DNA of 36,253 bases from assembly GCA_018266965.1 (NCBI GenBank), contig JAFDZJ010000131.1, forward strand, positions 1 to 36,253, in the 5' to 3' direction. The notes beneath the pieces are model-generated. The model was not told where the DNA came from and did no database searches. It was given only the letters and a program-made list of their open reading frames with translations. Position 1 is the stretch's first letter. Each line of letters begins with the position of its first letter. The DNA comes from Bacteroidota bacterium. GTDB taxonomy: Bacteria; Bacteroidota; Bacteroidia; Flavobacteriales; Weeksellaceae. The position numbers were made by a program, and so were the translations under genes. Below, piece after piece: positions 34,948 through 36,253 of this stretch.

Positions 34948-36253
34948 GGTGTTTTTATATTAATAGTTTCTATAATTTTTAGATTATCTTTATAGTTATC
35001 AAAGTGTTTTTTCAAGAATGTATCCTCTCCTTCTTCATCAAAAATTACATCTTCAATTAGCTCTTTTTGTAACAGCGTTTCTTTTTTCTTTTGTAACAAA
35101 TCCCACCAATTGTACTTTTCTTTTATCCCAATCACGAAAATTGTAATTTCGGATTTTGTAATTTTAAATTTCAAAAAGTTTTTGTAACCTTCTTGTATTT
35201 TTCCAGATGAAATTTCAGTAATATGTAAACCGAAAAAACGATATGCCACCCAAAAATACACACCCATAAGAAATGATTGTACAAGTGCGGGTATTATCGA
35301 TTGCAGTATGTAAGAAATATCTGGATTGCTCGGGAAAATATATCTTGCAAGAAACATTTTGAAATAACAAAAAAATAAAGAAATACTTACTGTGCTAATA
35401 AATAATAATGAATAGAGAAATTTGTTGTTTCTTTTTTCCTTTTCAGATGGCTCTGGATTGGCAACTTGTATTACTGTACCTAAAAGTATAGTTGGCACAA
35501 AAATTATTAACAAGATTGTAGCAAATAGATTATTGGTTAGTGTTTGCAAATAGTTTATAAATAAAGATAGAAATATAACCAAAGAGGTAAATTTGTAATT
35601 CCTCCAAAAGAATAAAAGATTTTTCCCAACAAATTTATTGGATTTGTTAGCAGTTGGAAATTTTTCTTTAATATGATAGTCATCAAATTCGGTAGTAGAA
35701 AACCCCAGTTTTGGAAGCGTAATTTTTGATTTCAAAAAACCAGTAACATGTCCGAAAGCTCCTCCTCCACCAGATGTAATATAGTGTTGCACCCTATCCT
35801 TTGATTCTTCATTTTGCAGTTGGTAGTGAGAATAATGGTGCATATCTCCCGTTATTACTATATCAATATTTACAATAGTTGGATTGGTATAATTTTTCTC
35901 TTTTGCTGTTGATTTTATCATATTTACAAAATAATCCAAACTATCCAATCTTTGTCTTCTTTTTTTGAAATCATTCGCAACAAAAGAATACCAATAGGGT
36001 TCCGCAACTAGTAGGATAATATGATGTACTACTCCTGGTCTGCAAATCTGGGAAACATATCTTTTAAAATAATCTACTTGTGGAATATCCAAATCCCCTT
36101 TCAGTTGATTGTCGAGTCCAAAGATATGCTTATTGAAACCAAGATGGTAGGCAAAATAACTTCTATTCTGGATAGTCTTATAGTTCCCAATCAAATTTTG
36201 CTGAGCCATCATTCTATAGAAAGCGGTAAGTCCATCATACCAATCATGATTTC
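34944..36253 (-). CDS. Calcineurin-like metallophosphoesterase with C-terminal transmembrane helices (5' end outside the window)
   Basis: The frame stays open to the window end and reads (G)NHDWYDGLTAFYR before MMAQQ; also GLD, GDMHHY, SGGGGAF.H, then about four TM segments. Confidence 0.8.
   Translation of the reverse strand, partial: NHDWYDGLTAFYRMMAQQNLIGNYKTIQNRSYFAYHLGFNKHIFGLDNQLKGDLDIPQVDYFKRYVSQICRPGVVHHIILLVAEPYWYSFVANDFKKRRQRLDSLDYFVNMIKSTAKEKNYTNPTIVNIDIVITGDMHHYSHYQLQNEESKDRVQHYITSGGGGAFGHVTGFLKSKITLPKLGFSTTEFDDYHIKEKFPTANKSNKFVGKNLLFFWRNYKFTSLVIFLSLFINYLQTLTNNLFATILLIIFVPTILLGTVIQVANPEPSEKEKRNNKFLYSLLFISTVSISLFFCYFKMFLARYIFPSNPDISYILQSIIPALVQSFLMGVYFWVAYRFFGLHITEISSGKIQEGYKNFLKFKITKSEITIFVIGIKEKYNWWDLLQKKKETLLQKELIEDVIFDEEGEDTFLKKHFDNYKDNLKIIETINIKTP

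Overview
This is an AT-rich chromosomal window from a Bacteroidota genome, most consistent with Flavobacteriales (Chryseobacterium/Weeksellaceae-like), judged from TAnnTTTG promoters, porQ-cmk, a tamL-like gene and a GldA-like ATPase. Positions 1-~4160 look like the right end of an accessory/defence island: a probable IS end, a DUF4391-like gene, a HipBA-type toxin-antitoxin pair, then a tripartite HipBST-type module, an att-like junction and a terminator. From 4582 onward the window is mostly core genome: der, upp, asnS, rpoN, frr, pyrH, porQ, cmk, a YtxH operon, TrmH, TamL, DUF4197, DUF493, GldA-like, MocR + TonB receptor, hutH, pdhB, kup, speA, NifU and Mrp. It is interspersed with 8-bp and 7-bp tandem repeats, REP-like and IS-end remnants and a doubly frameshifted alpha/beta hydrolase. 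It ends in a coupled membrane metallophosphoesterase + polytopic membrane protein pair that runs off the right edge. No rRNA, full tRNA or CRISPR array was seen. All family assignments come from motif recognition by eye, not database searches.
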